Source: Candidatus Nomurabacteria bacterium
GTDB taxonomy: Bacteria > Patescibacteriota > Minisyncoccia > Phycocordibacterales > SBAW01
Reading direction: 5' to 3'
DNA: 64,000 nt
Assembly: GCA_943348815.1 (NCBI GenBank)
Contig: CALQYT010000005.1
Span: 5,167 to 69,166 of the forward strand
Part shown: piece after piece, positions 1 to 9,062 of the stretch
Numbering within the stretch: position 1 is the first letter of the stretch
Layout of the letters: each line of letters begins with the position of its first letter
The notes under the pieces: model-generated
What the model saw: only the letters and a program-made list of their open reading frames with translations
The model's database searches: none
What the model was told of the DNA's origin: nothing
Position numbers and translations under genes: made by a program

Positions 1-628
1 GACCCGACTCCAACACGCGCAACTCGTCGTTGACCGCAATGCGCAACGCCTGAAATACTTTGGTCGCCGGATGGATACGCCCGTGGCGGGCGCGGGCGGG
101 CACCGCATCGCGCACCACCTCGGTAAGCTCGACGGTCGTTTCAAACGGTTTGACTTTGCGGCGCTCGACAATGGCTTTAGCAATCCGACGCGCGTAGCGC
201 TCTTCGGCGTAGCCAAAAAATACATCAGCCAAAACTTTTTCGGACCACGTGTTTAACATCTCGGCCGCACTAAAGCCTGAGCGCGGTTCTGGGCTGTAGC
301 TCATGAGCAGTGGCTCGTCGTGCATAAACGAAAATCCGCGACCCGAATCGAGCTGGGTCATATTCCATCCCAAATCAAAAAGTACTTTATTTACCTGCCC
401 GCCGGCAGGCAGGCTTTCTTTCAACAAATTTTTAATGTCGCCAAAATTGCCTTCAATATCTGCTTTAGTGGCAGGGTCAGCATCGATCGAGATTACTTTG
501 ACGCCCGGTTTCTTAAGCGCTTTGGTGTGCCCGCCGCGACCAAAGGTTGCGTCAACCACCAACTCGCCTTTTTTTGGCGCAAGCTGCTCAAGAACCTCGG
601 CCGACATAACTGAGGTGTGCTCTTTCAT
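1..628 (-). CDS. rsmH: 16S rRNA m4C1402 methyltransferase RsmH/MraW (partial, C-terminus runs off window)
   Basis: Reverse-strand translation from ATG at 626-628 gives MKEHTSVMSAEVLEQLAPKKGELVVDATFGRGGHT..., the typical RsmH SAM-MTase N-terminus. It lies immediately downstream of mraZ with a TAATG stop/start overlap. Confidence 0.85.
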   Translation of the reverse strand, partial: MKEHTSVMSAEVLEQLAPKKGELVVDATFGRGGHTKALKKPGVKVISIDADPATKADIEGNFGDIKNLLKESLPAGGQVNKVLFDLGWNMTQLDSGRGFSFMHDEPLLMSYSPEPRSGFSAAEMLNTWSEKVLADVFFGYAEERYARRIAKAIVERRKVKPFETTVELTEVVRDAVPARARHGRIHPATKVFQALRIAVNDELRVLESG

Positions 629-1062
629 TACAAAATTCCTAAGTCGCCCAAAGTTTGTGCCATCTGGTCGGCACCGCGCTCAATGCGTTTCTTATATTCG
701 TCCCAAGTCTTCTCGTTCCAGATTTCGACGCGGTCCGAAACGCCGGCTAAGACCACCCGCGAGCGCAAGTTGGCAAAATCTTTTAAAAAGTCGGGGATCA
801 AAATGCGCCCGGCCTGGTCGACCTCAACCTCCACCGCCCCCGCCAACAAAAACCGGCTCATGCCGCGCGTGTCGGCCTGACCGACGGGCAGGTTAGAAAC
901 TTTTTCTGCAATCTTTTTCCACGCCAAAAGTGGAAACATAAAAAGGCAGGCGTCGAGCCCGCGCGTAACGACCACCTTACGACCAACTTCTTTACGAAAT
1001 TTAGCGGGGAGGGAAAGCCTCTTTTTTGGATCAAGCGTGTGTTGGTATTCTCCGATTAGCAT
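628..1062 (-). CDS. mraZ: Transcriptional regulator MraZ
   Basis: 144-aa ORF MLIGEYQHTLDPKKRLSLPAKFRKE... with the duplicated MraZ/SpoVT-AbrB fold signature. Synteny mraZ-rsmH. Confidence 0.9.
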   Translation of the reverse strand: MLIGEYQHTLDPKKRLSLPAKFRKEVGRKVVVTRGLDACLFMFPLLAWKKIAEKVSNLPVGQADTRGMSRFLLAGAVEVEVDQAGRILIPDFLKDFANLRSRVVLAGVSDRVEIWNEKTWDEYKKRIERGADQMAQTLGDLGIL

Positions 1063-1075
1063 CTGTTTTTTAGAT

Positions 1076-1150
1076 TATCCCACTACATCCCACTAGTAGA
1101 CATTTTAACTCACTTTGCCCCACTTAGGATACACAAGTTATCCCCACTTC
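1076..1150 (-). promoter_or_regulatory. Putative MraZ operator: phased GTGGG (CCCAC on + strand) repeats upstream of mraZ
   Basis: CCCAC at 1079, 1089, 1119 and 1143, plus a degenerate CTCAC at 1109, mostly on a 10-bp phase. E. coli MraZ binds TGGGN direct repeats spaced 10 bp in its own promoter. Confidence 0.45.
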
Positions 1151-1273
1151 GACGGGGGAAGTAACCAGACCACACTTTTAGGCTATTTGACAACTCCCCG
1201 GTTTGGGAGTATAGTCTCTCGCGGGAAAGGCGTCATTCGAATTCGCAGGACTTCAAACCTGAGGATCAATCGG

Positions 1274-1465
1274 ATGACCATTCGCTGGCACTTTCGTTCG
1301 CTTCACACCCTTGTCGCTGTGTCGCTTATTGCCGCTTGCGCGGCAGTTGCCATTCACGTGGGCCCGAGGGTCTATCGGGATCTCACGGCGGACTACTACC
1401 GCTTTGGCAATTACGTCATCAAGACATGGCCCGGCGGCAGCGAGGTCTATGAAGCAGTGAACTAA
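1274..1465 (+). CDS. Small hypothetical membrane protein (63 aa), GC3-rich cassette
   Basis: ATG at 1274 preceded by a GAGGA RBS. One predicted TM segment (LHTLVAVSLIAACAAVAIHV). Followed by a hairpin plus T-tract terminator (about 1475-1510). Codon usage very GC3-rich. Confidence 0.35.
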   Translation: MTIRWHFRSLHTLVAVSLIAACAAVAIHVGPRVYRDLTADYYRFGNYVIKTWPGGSEVYEAVN

Positions 1466-1630
1466 CTTCCCGAGGGTGCGTCGGCAAAACCGGCGCGCCC
1501 TCATCGTTTTTATACGTGAGGTTATGCACTGTTGGTAATAAAATTTTCCTTGACCCTTCTATGCAATGGGTCTATACCAAAGATAGTGGCGTGCGTGAGT
1601 CCTTTTGAAATAAAGAGGGAATAAAAGAGA

Positions 1631-1776
1631 TGAAAGAAGCAAACTCGCCAACAACAACCAACTGGCGTAGTGACCTTGAGTACACGTTCGGCAAACCCGC
1701 GGTGCGTTGCGGTATCTGGATTATCTCTCTCACCCCTCTTGTGGCGATTGTCCTGGCCGCGCTTTGGTTTGCCTAA
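1631..1776 (+). CDS. Small hypothetical membrane peptide (48 aa)
   Basis: TTGACC-17-TATACC promoter-like element at 1551-1579. RBS AGAGGGA. ORF MKEANSPTTTNWRSDLEYTFGKPAVRCGIWIISLTPLVAIVLAALWFA with a C-terminal TM segment. Hairpin AGCCCA...TGGGCT plus ATTTTG after the stop. Confidence 0.3.
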
Positions 1777-1824
1777 AGCGCCGCGACGAGAATTGTCACG
1801 AAGAGTAGCCCATATTCGTGTGGG

Positions 1825-3345
1825 CTATTTTGATGCCTCTTCCAAACGTTTAACCACAAACTCTTTTGGTAGAGACGAAAGAAACCATCCGGCCTTGGGG
1901 CCGTGGTCCTTACCAAAAAATGCCAAATAGATTGCCTTAAACTCTTTTAGCTCATGCAGTTTGCTATGTAGGTCTTCCCCACTAGGCATTGTTTCAAATA
2001 CTACGATATATCGTAGTATTTCTTGTAGCGCTTTTTTCTGGACATCAGTTAGATTTTTTGCAACGTCGGGCAAAGTTTCTTGCAGTTTGAAAACATATTT
2101 CTCCGGCGCGTACGCCTCGAGCCATTTTTTGGCATAGGCGGCGCGCTCGTCTAACTCGGCACGGTCGGCGTTGGGGAATTCTTTATACAAATCCATGTGC
2201 GGCATCTGCACCATAAACGCTACCTGGCTAAAACGCGGCGGCACCGAGCGCGTTGGTATCTTGCGCTCTGGGTGGATCATTTCAAACAGCCGGGCATAAT
2301 CGTCCTTGGCATTTGACCAGTAACTTTCTGCCAGTTTGTCGTATTGGTCATACAAAACAGGTATCGAGTCCCCTTCCGGATCAAAGTTTCGCTGCTGCGT
2401 TATATCCTTACCAATGAGGGACAATCTAAACATCTTAGGCGGCAGAAGCTCAAAGATCGAACGCGCCGTGCTACCAAGGCCTTTGGACGAGGATATTTTT
2501 TTACCCCCAACCAAAAAGAATTCGTGTGCGACGAAGAACGGCGTCTCGTACTTGAAAACTTCGCGCGAGACATGATCGGCAACCTCGTGAGCTCCACCCT
2601 TGGTTGAGTGATCTTTACCGCCGCCTTCTACCTCTATTCCGCGCGCCTTCCATTTGGCTGCCCATTCGACCTTCCATGGCAATTTACCCCTGCCACCAAA
2701 CGGAGAGAGTCTGCCTTTGTAACCGCAACCGTTTGTGTACTTTACTTTATCTGGACGACAAAATACTTGCACTGTCTCGCCGTCAAAATCAGAAGCTTCG
2801 GTGGTTGCTATTTTTCCACAAGTTGGGCATTTCATCAGGATAGGGAGCCACTCACCCTCTCTCACCCCGCCAGATACTTCTTTATAAATGCGGCGGATCT
2901 CATCGGCACCGAGCAGCGCTTCGCGGATAACCCCATCCATTTTGCCCGAAAGATACCAGTCACTACTAAAATCAAAAATTGGATTAAAGCCCGTGCCTTT
3001 TATTACTTCGCGAAAATCATTCGCAAAATACTCAGCGTAATTCTTGGCGCTCTCGTCGGGAGATGGAACATCCCGCAGTGACTTAGCCAGGTGTGGCTCA
3101 AGATTTTTCCCCGCCAGATAGACGGGAATGCCATCAAAGGCGTCCATATCATTAAACTCAAAGTAATACGTGTTGGGTACATTCCTATCCGCAAGCGCCT
3201 CGCCGATGATGCCATGCATCGCGGCACTGAGCATTGAGCCAATGTGGGCAAAACCCGACATGGTCTTTTCATCACGAATAACCACCGGCCCTTTAGGGCC
3301 AAAGCGGTTCATCACCTCTTGTGCAATACGGTCTGCCCAAAACAT
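1825..3345 (-). CDS. lysK: Class I lysyl-tRNA synthetase (archaeal/spirochaete type)
   Basis: 506 aa. HIGS (HIGH-type) motif near the N-terminus and KISSSKG (KMSKS-type) motif. Internal Zn-binding CPTCGK segment. Overall architecture of LysRS-I. Confidence 0.85.
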   Translation of the reverse strand: MFWADRIAQEVMNRFGPKGPVVIRDEKTMSGFAHIGSMLSAAMHGIIGEALADRNVPNTYYFEFNDMDAFDGIPVYLAGKNLEPHLAKSLRDVPSPDESAKNYAEYFANDFREVIKGTGFNPIFDFSSDWYLSGKMDGVIREALLGADEIRRIYKEVSGGVREGEWLPILMKCPTCGKIATTEASDFDGETVQVFCRPDKVKYTNGCGYKGRLSPFGGRGKLPWKVEWAAKWKARGIEVEGGGKDHSTKGGAHEVADHVSREVFKYETPFFVAHEFFLVGGKKISSSKGLGSTARSIFELLPPKMFRLSLIGKDITQQRNFDPEGDSIPVLYDQYDKLAESYWSNAKDDYARLFEMIHPERKIPTRSVPPRFSQVAFMVQMPHMDLYKEFPNADRAELDERAAYAKKWLEAYAPEKYVFKLQETLPDVAKNLTDVQKKALQEILRYIVVFETMPSGEDLHSKLHELKEFKAIYLAFFGKDHGPKAGWFLSSLPKEFVVKRLEEASK

Positions 3346-3476
3346 TCTGCTTATTGTAGCCTAAGTGGGCTTAATTTTCTCTCTTCGCAGATTCTTGACA
3401 TCTTCATTTTAGTGTGCGAATGTGTGTCTGACAGCGGGGATCTCCCCCTGTTCGACCATCAACAGGAGTACGCACC

Positions 3477-3881
3477 TTGAAGACAGCTACCTCTTCTGCC
3501 AAAGGCATCAACGGCCAAGGCACCAATGGTCATCCCAAAGCCGGCTTGTTGGCTGGGACTGCGCTGCGCTCGCAAAAGCCGCGGAAGGCGGCCACTAGCG
3601 GCAAAAGAAAATCCACCTCGGTCGACAAACACATCGGCGGCCGTGTCCGCATGCGGCGCGAAGAGCTCGGCATGAGCCAGAAAAAACTTGGCAATGCCAT
3701 CGGGGTCGAATATCAACAGATCCAGAAGTACGAGCTCGGCAACAACCGGCTCCCCATCAGCCGCCTGCTCCAGATCGGGCTGGCCTTGAAGGACACGCCG
3801 ATCACCTTCTTCACCGAAGGAGCGACGGATCTGCTCAAGCCGGCGGCCGGTACCCAGGGCGACAAAAAGCCCACCACCTAG
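3477..3881 (+). CDS. XRE-family helix-turn-helix transcriptional regulator (TTG start)
   Basis: TTG start with an AGGAG RBS 8 nt upstream. HTH_3 signature GGRVRMRREELGMSQKKLGNAIGVEYQQIQKYELGNNR. Very GC3-rich, alphaproteobacterial-like codon usage. Intrinsic terminator at about 3905-3942. Confidence 0.7.
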   Translation: MKTATSSAKGINGQGTNGHPKAGLLAGTALRSQKPRKAATSGKRKSTSVDKHIGGRVRMRREELGMSQKKLGNAIGVEYQQIQKYELGNNRLPISRLLQIGLALKDTPITFFTEGATDLLKPAAGTQGDKKPTT

Positions 3882-3977
3882 TTCCTCGAGACATCACGAA
3901 ATGCAGCGCCCCGGACCTTCGATGGTCTGGGGCGTTTTGTTTATACAAATCAACACAATTTCTATATTTTGGTAGTC

Positions 3978-4006
3978 TTGACAAATATGCTTTTATAGAT
4001 TATAGT
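3978..4006 (+). promoter_or_regulatory. Near-consensus sigma70 promoter (TTGACA-17-TATAGT) driving the Omp25-like gene
   Basis: TTGACA at 3978-3983, 17-nt spacer, TATAGT at 4001-4006. Strong RBS AAGGGGGAT precedes the ATG at 4067. Confidence 0.55.
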
Positions 4007-4066
4007 TGAAGGTGGTAATCCGGCGCAGCACGCGTCTGGATCAAGCACCCTAAGGGGGATTTTGAC

Positions 4067-4740
4067 ATGCGTACTACTTTCAGCCTCGCTGCTCTCGCTC
4101 TGGCGGCCGCTTTCTTCTCGACTGCGGCGACTGCCCAGAATCTGCCCTACAAGGTCGCACCGACCGGCTACGACTGGAACAACTGGTACATCGGCGGCAG
4201 CGTCGGTGGCAGCTTCGCCAAGCTCGTCACAGAGCCAAGCGACCCGGTCGACTCCCTGAAACCGAATACGATCAATCTCGGCATTCAGGTTGGCAAGAAC
4301 TGGCGGCCCAGATCAACCTCGGCAAGGGCACTCGGGTCACCTCGGATCCCTTCTTTACGTTGACCGAGACGACCCAGATCCCCTACCAGGGGACGGTATT
4401 GGGCCGCATCGGTGTGTTGCCGACACCGAACATGTATGTCTACATCGGTGCCGGCGTGAGCCTGGCGCAGGTGACGCAGACAGCGCGCTTCGACGACATC
4501 TTCGGCTTTGCAGGCTGGACCAAGAGTACCAGCATTGCGGCCGGCCCGACCGGTGTGATCGGTCTGGAATTTAAACTCCCGGCCGGCTGGTCGCTCGATA
4601 CCCGCTACCAGGCCACGGACTTCTTCATGTCCAAGACCACCTCAGGATGCTCGTTCTGCGGCCCCGACTTTACGTCGAAGAGCAGCATCGTCCAGCACAC
4701 CTTCAAGGTCGGTTTCAACAAGGCCATCCGCGGCGAGTAA
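4067..4740 (+). pseudogene. Omp25/Omp31-family outer-membrane beta-barrel (porin family) gene interrupted by a frameshift near 4300-4360
   Basis: N-terminal signal peptide MRTTFSLAALALAAAFFSTAATAQ plus YDWNNWYIGGSVGG. The second ORF (4360-4740) continues the barrel with alternating amphipathic strands and ends KVGFNKAIRGE. Two overlapping ORFs in different frames. Paralog of the intact gene at 43822-44505. Confidence 0.6.
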
Positions 4741-4825
4741 CCGCGGCCGGCAAGTCCTTCAGTACAAAAAAAGAAACGGCAGCGCTCCCAGGATCACAAC
4801 CTGGGAGCGAATTGTTTATGCGGAG

Positions 4826-5287
4826 CTACTCGACCTTCAAAATTTTATATTTTTGCGTGCCGCGGGGGGTGTGGAAGGAAAATTCATCCCCTTTCTTTTT
4901 GCCCATCAATGCCGCGCCAAGCGGCGAGTGATACGAAACCTTGCCTTGCAAAATATCAGCCTCTTCGGCACCCACAATAGTGTAGGTATGTTTATCGTCT
5001 CCGCCAATTTTTTGTACCGATACCGTGGCGCCCATCCCAACCGTATCGCTTTTGCCCACGCGGATTATTTTGGCGTTTTTTAAAATACTTTCGAGTTTGC
5101 CGATGCGCTCCTCTACCGCGGCCTGCATCTCGCGCGCTTCTTGATACTCGGCGTTTTCAGAAAGGTCGCCCAGGCTGCGTGCGTACTCCAGTTGCTCGGC
5201 AACTTCTTTGCGACGGGTGGTGCGGAGTTCGTCGAGCTCTTTGGTTAACTCTTCAAATTTCTCTTGCGAGATTAGTTCTTCGGTCAT
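4826..5287 (-). CDS. greA: Transcription elongation factor GreA
   Basis: MTEELISQEKFEELTKELDELRTTRRKEVAEQLEYARSLGDLSENAEYQEAREMQA... gives the GreA coiled-coil plus FKBP-like C-domain. Start chosen at the internal Met (ATG 5285-5287) rather than the longer ORF. Confidence 0.85.
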   Translation of the reverse strand: MTEELISQEKFEELTKELDELRTTRRKEVAEQLEYARSLGDLSENAEYQEAREMQAAVEERIGKLESILKNAKIIRVGKSDTVGMGATVSVQKIGGDDKHTYTIVGAEEADILQGKVSYHSPLGAALMGKKKGDEFSFHTPRGTQKYKILKVE

Positions 5288-5330
5288 TGAGACATCAGTG
5301 TATAGGAAGAAAGAATTATTGCAAGCCTGC

Positions 5331-7004
5331 CTAGTCGGCAAACAGGTACTGCGGCGCATTGGCATTAAGCCAGGTAAAAAAATCACTCATTACGGCCGAT
5401 CCACCTATCGTGGTACCAGCCGGAAGATGCTCTAACACCACCGCATACGCGTAGTGCGGATTTTCGTACGGCCAAAAACCGATCATCCACGCGTTTTGCG
5501 CTTCGTTGTGCAGACCAATCTGCGCCGTGCCGGTCTTGGCCGCCACGTGTACAAAGGGAAAATTGATTGCGGTGGCAATGCCTACGGTTACTCCTTGCCG
5601 CATCCCCTCGCGCGCCACCTGCAGTGCATGCGCATCAATAGACACGGTTGTGCCTTGTGGTGTCGATGAAGCCACCAAGGTGGGTGTAAGCAGCGTTCCA
5701 CCATTGGCGATCGTTGCGGCCATGCGCACGGCCTGCAGCGGCGTAATCAGCGTGCCATACTGCCCTATTGCCGTGTGGTAGGTGTCGCCGATGCGCCAGG
5801 TTGGGTCGTCGGGGAAGTTTTCTGCCTTCCACTCCGGCGTGGGGATAGTGCCGCCGACTTCAGAAAATCCGCTGAGCCCCGCATCGTGCCCTAACCCAAA
5901 GCGCTGCAAATAATCGTCAATCCGGCTAATACCGAGCCCCGGCTGATTTTGAAACCCGCCGCCCACTTCATAAAAATAAACGTCGCACGAAACGGCAATA
6001 GCATCGCGTGCGTCGACCCACCCGTTGACGCGCCAGTCTTTAAAAATCGACGGCTGGTCCGGGTTGTACGGGTTGGGCAATACGAGTTTGCCGGTCGAAA
6101 GAATTTTGGTGTACTCGTCGATTACCTTTTCATTAATAGCTGCGGCGGCCATGAGCGGTTTAACAATCGATCCCGGCGCGTACAAGCCGTCGGTCGCACG
6201 ATTTAAAAACGGCAGACGCTTGTCGGCATTGTAGGCGGCTATCGATGCGGAGTTGCCGCCGCTGAGTGCCGTCGACGAATATTCTGGGAAACTCGTAAGC
6301 GCCAGAAGCTCGCCCGTGCGCACATCCATCACGACACCCGCCGCGCCGGTCGCGTGCGCATCCGTTGCACGCGTCGCCAAGACGCTATAGAGCCCTTGCG
6401 AAACCCGTGCGTCGACCGAAAGTGTGAGTTTGCCTCCAGCCTGAGGCGGGGTGACTTTGGACTCCGAAACTACTTTGCCGCGCGCATCGGTTTCGGTAAG
6501 CGTCAAACCATTTTGCCCGGCGAGCGTCGTGTCAAATGCTTTTTCTGCGCCATCGACACCCAAAAACGTGTTGCGAAAATAAAATCCGGCCGAGTCTTTG
6601 GCGGGCGGCTTAACATACCCCACGACATGCGACACTCCTTGATAGTCGGAGTACACGCGCTGCGCAAACTCGTCGGTGGAGGTTGCTCCCCCGCGCTCGT
6701 TCCACGCCAGGGGCCGCCCCGTGCGGTCTACAATGGTGCCGCGGTCGGCAATGATCGTCGTCTGTTCAAGCTGATTCTCCCGTGCCTGTTTAGCATAGGC
6801 CGTGCCTTGTAAAAGCTGGAGGTCGCTTGCGCGTGCTAAAAGTAAAAGTCCTAAGAGCACCAACACCGCCGCTGCGCCGGCAAAGCGTCCGGGCGAAAGT
6901 GGCTTTTCGATTCGGCCCTCAAACTGGTCGCGGTCAAACTTTGCGCTATTTTCCGAATCGAGCAAAATCTCGTCGGGAAAAATTTCCGGCGAGCGCTCTT
7001 TCAT
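5331..7004 (-). CDS. mrdA: Penicillin-binding protein 2 (elongasome transpeptidase)
   Basis: 557 aa. N-terminal TM segment. Transpeptidase motifs SIVKP (SxxK), SCD (SxN) and KTGT. Last gene of the mreBCD-mrdA cluster. Confidence 0.85.
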   Translation of the reverse strand: MKERSPEIFPDEILLDSENSAKFDRDQFEGRIEKPLSPGRFAGAAAVLVLLGLLLLARASDLQLLQGTAYAKQARENQLEQTTIIADRGTIVDRTGRPLAWNERGGATSTDEFAQRVYSDYQGVSHVVGYVKPPAKDSAGFYFRNTFLGVDGAEKAFDTTLAGQNGLTLTETDARGKVVSESKVTPPQAGGKLTLSVDARVSQGLYSVLATRATDAHATGAAGVVMDVRTGELLALTSFPEYSSTALSGGNSASIAAYNADKRLPFLNRATDGLYAPGSIVKPLMAAAAINEKVIDEYTKILSTGKLVLPNPYNPDQPSIFKDWRVNGWVDARDAIAVSCDVYFYEVGGGFQNQPGLGISRIDDYLQRFGLGHDAGLSGFSEVGGTIPTPEWKAENFPDDPTWRIGDTYHTAIGQYGTLITPLQAVRMAATIANGGTLLTPTLVASSTPQGTTVSIDAHALQVAREGMRQGVTVGIATAINFPFVHVAAKTGTAQIGLHNEAQNAWMIGFWPYENPHYAYAVVLEHLPAGTTIGGSAVMSDFFTWLNANAPQYLFAD

Positions 7005-7297
7005 AACGTCTCGCGCGGATTAGAATCGATGACAAACCGTTTGCCCCAAAGATGTGCGAGCGTGCCTACAAGTGCAAAAATAGTAACGGGGAAATAAAAA
7101 TAGGCGGCCGTGCCGGTGGGCGCGCCCCACGCGATGTCGAGCAGGAGTGCTAGACAAACCCCAAATACAAAACGGCCGGAGAGGGTTGCTACTGCCACGC
7201 CGATTATTGCCACCGGCCACAGCGGGATAAGAAACCCGGCCGCCGCAAGCACAAACGTGGTGGCATATATCCATCGGCTGGCGGCGTTGGGTATCAT
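7001..7297 (-). CDS. mreD: Rod shape-determining protein MreD (putative)
   Basis: 98-aa polytopic membrane protein located between mreC and mrdA. Confidence 0.55.
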   Translation of the reverse strand: MIPNAASRWIYATTFVLAAAGFLIPLWPVAIIGVAVATLSGRFVFGVCLALLLDIAWGAPTGTAAYFYFPVTIFALVGTLAHLWGKRFVIDSNPRETL

Positions 7298-8019
7298 GGT
7301 TTTATAATTTCGACATACCGGAGCTCAAACACATTCGCCGGTTCTTGAAAGTATAACGCCACAAACGAGTCGCTTTCGCCGGCACCGACGCCCACTACCT
7401 CTGCTACCAACCCACCCGCAATGCCCGGCAGTACTGCCTGGTCGCCTACCGTCGCTATGGTGGCTGCCGGCACCTGTGCGCGCAGCGAACCCCCACCTTG
7501 GCCCTCTAACTCGAGTGGCAGCGTACCGTGGGCCGTCGTGAGTAGCGCCTGATACTTTTGCCCGGGGGCCGAAAAAAGCGTCACGCGCGCCGTATGCGTG
7601 TATACCTGGGCGACCGTGCCAAGAATGCGCGTACCGCCAGCCGACACCAACGCGCCTTCCGCAACCCCCTCCGCAGAGCCCGCATCAACGACCAGGGTGT
7701 CGTAGGGGGTTGCGGGCGGGCGGGAAAGCACGCCCGCCAACACGCGCATGCCTTCGACCTCCGGACGGCCGAGGCGCGCCTTCAAATCTTTATTTTCCGC
7801 CGCAAGGGCGGCATACTCGGCGCTTGTTTCAAGCGAGGGGTTGGCACTCGCAAATCGCCACTGCATAAGCGGCGTCACGAGTTGCCACCAGGCGGCACTA
7901 AGCGGCCCACGCAAAAATATCGCCAACAAAATAACCAGCACGACTACACCGGCAAGCCACCAACCGCCCGAGCCACGCTTACCTCGTCTGCTATAAATCT
8001 GAGCGTTATTGAATGTCAT
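7294..8019 (-). CDS. mreC: Rod shape-determining protein MreC
   Basis: 241 aa. N-terminal TM segment, coiled-coil (AAENKDLKARL) and a Gly-rich beta domain. Synteny with mreB. Confidence 0.8.
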   Translation of the reverse strand: MTFNNAQIYSRRGKRGSGGWWLAGVVVLVILLAIFLRGPLSAAWWQLVTPLMQWRFASANPSLETSAEYAALAAENKDLKARLGRPEVEGMRVLAGVLSRPPATPYDTLVVDAGSAEGVAEGALVSAGGTRILGTVAQVYTHTARVTLFSAPGQKYQALLTTAHGTLPLELEGQGGGSLRAQVPAATIATVGDQAVLPGIAGGLVAEVVGVGAGESDSFVALYFQEPANVFELRYVEIIKP

Positions 8020-9061
8020 CGTCGTGCTCGGAGAGCATATCGCGATACAGCTCGAAGTTCTCCAAAATTACTCCGGTCCCACGCGCCACCGCCGTCAGCG
8101 GATCGTCGGCTACTACCACTGGTACCTTGAGCCACTCAGCCAATAGTGCGTCGAGCCCTTTGAGCAGCGCGCCGCCACCCGTGAGTACTATCCCTGAGCG
8201 CATAATGTCAGAAAGGATTTCGGGCGGGGTTGTTTCAAGCACCTCGCGCACCGACTCTATGAGCGTGTCGATCGACTGCGATATCGCCTCGCGCACATCG
8301 GCATCGGTAATAATAATCTCGCGCGGCAAACCGGTAATTAAATCGCGCCCGCGGATCGCCGCCTCCAAATGCCCTGCGCCTTCGGCTACCGAACCTATGG
8401 CGATTTTGACCGACTCGGCTGTTTTTTCGCCAATCAAAATTTTAAAGGCCGAACGGACATACGAAACAATATCTTGGTTGAGTTTTTCCCCGGCGATCCG
8501 CAAATTTTTAGAGCGTACAATCCCCCCGAGCGAAAGTACCGCGATGTCCGTGTTGCCGCCGCCAATATCGACGATCATCGATCCCACCGCTTCGCGTATA
8601 GGCAAACGCACTCCCAGGGCTGCGGCGATGGGCTCTTCGACAATATAAACCTCGCGCGCACCGGCGTTTTGTGCGGCGTCTTTAACCGCGCGCATCTCGA
8701 CGTTGGTAATCCCACTCGGCACCCCAATCACGACGCGCGGTCCGAGCATCTTTTTAGACATCGCTTGGGCGCGATTCATCAAGTACGAAAGCATCTCTTC
8801 GGTCGCCTCAAAGTCTGACACCACCCCATCAACCAGCGGCTTAACCGCGACCAGGTGTGCGGGCGTGCGGCCCAACATTTGCCGTGCGGCAGTCCCTACT
8901 GCAACCACCTGTCCCGTCTTTTGGTTGATCGCGACCACTGAAGGTTCGGTCACGACAATTCCCTTGCCACGCAAGTAGACCAGCGTATTGGCCGTGCCGA
9001 GGTCAACCCCGATATCGTTAGAAACCAGCGGAGAAAACTTTTTTTGAAATCTGCTCCACAT
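8006..9061 (-). CDS. mreB: Rod shape-determining actin homolog MreB
   Basis: 351 aa. IGVDLGTANTLVY phosphate-1 motif, MIVDIGGGNTD phosphate-2, and LTGGGALLKGLD. Confidence 0.9.
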   Translation of the reverse strand: MWSRFQKKFSPLVSNDIGVDLGTANTLVYLRGKGIVVTEPSVVAINQKTGQVVAVGTAARQMLGRTPAHLVAVKPLVDGVVSDFEATEEMLSYLMNRAQAMSKKMLGPRVVIGVPSGITNVEMRAVKDAAQNAGAREVYIVEEPIAAALGVRLPIREAVGSMIVDIGGGNTDIAVLSLGGIVRSKNLRIAGEKLNQDIVSYVRSAFKILIGEKTAESVKIAIGSVAEGAGHLEAAIRGRDLITGLPREIIITDADVREAISQSIDTLIESVREVLETTPPEILSDIMRSGIVLTGGGALLKGLDALLAEWLKVPVVVADDPLTAVARGTGVILENFELYRDMLSEHDDDIQ

Positions 9062-9062
9062 T

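Noticed and set aside
303-896. Plus-strand ORFs (197 aa, 97 aa, 87 aa) across 300-900
   Set aside because: Opposite strand of the well-supported rsmH and mraZ genes. Pro/Arg/Ser-rich.
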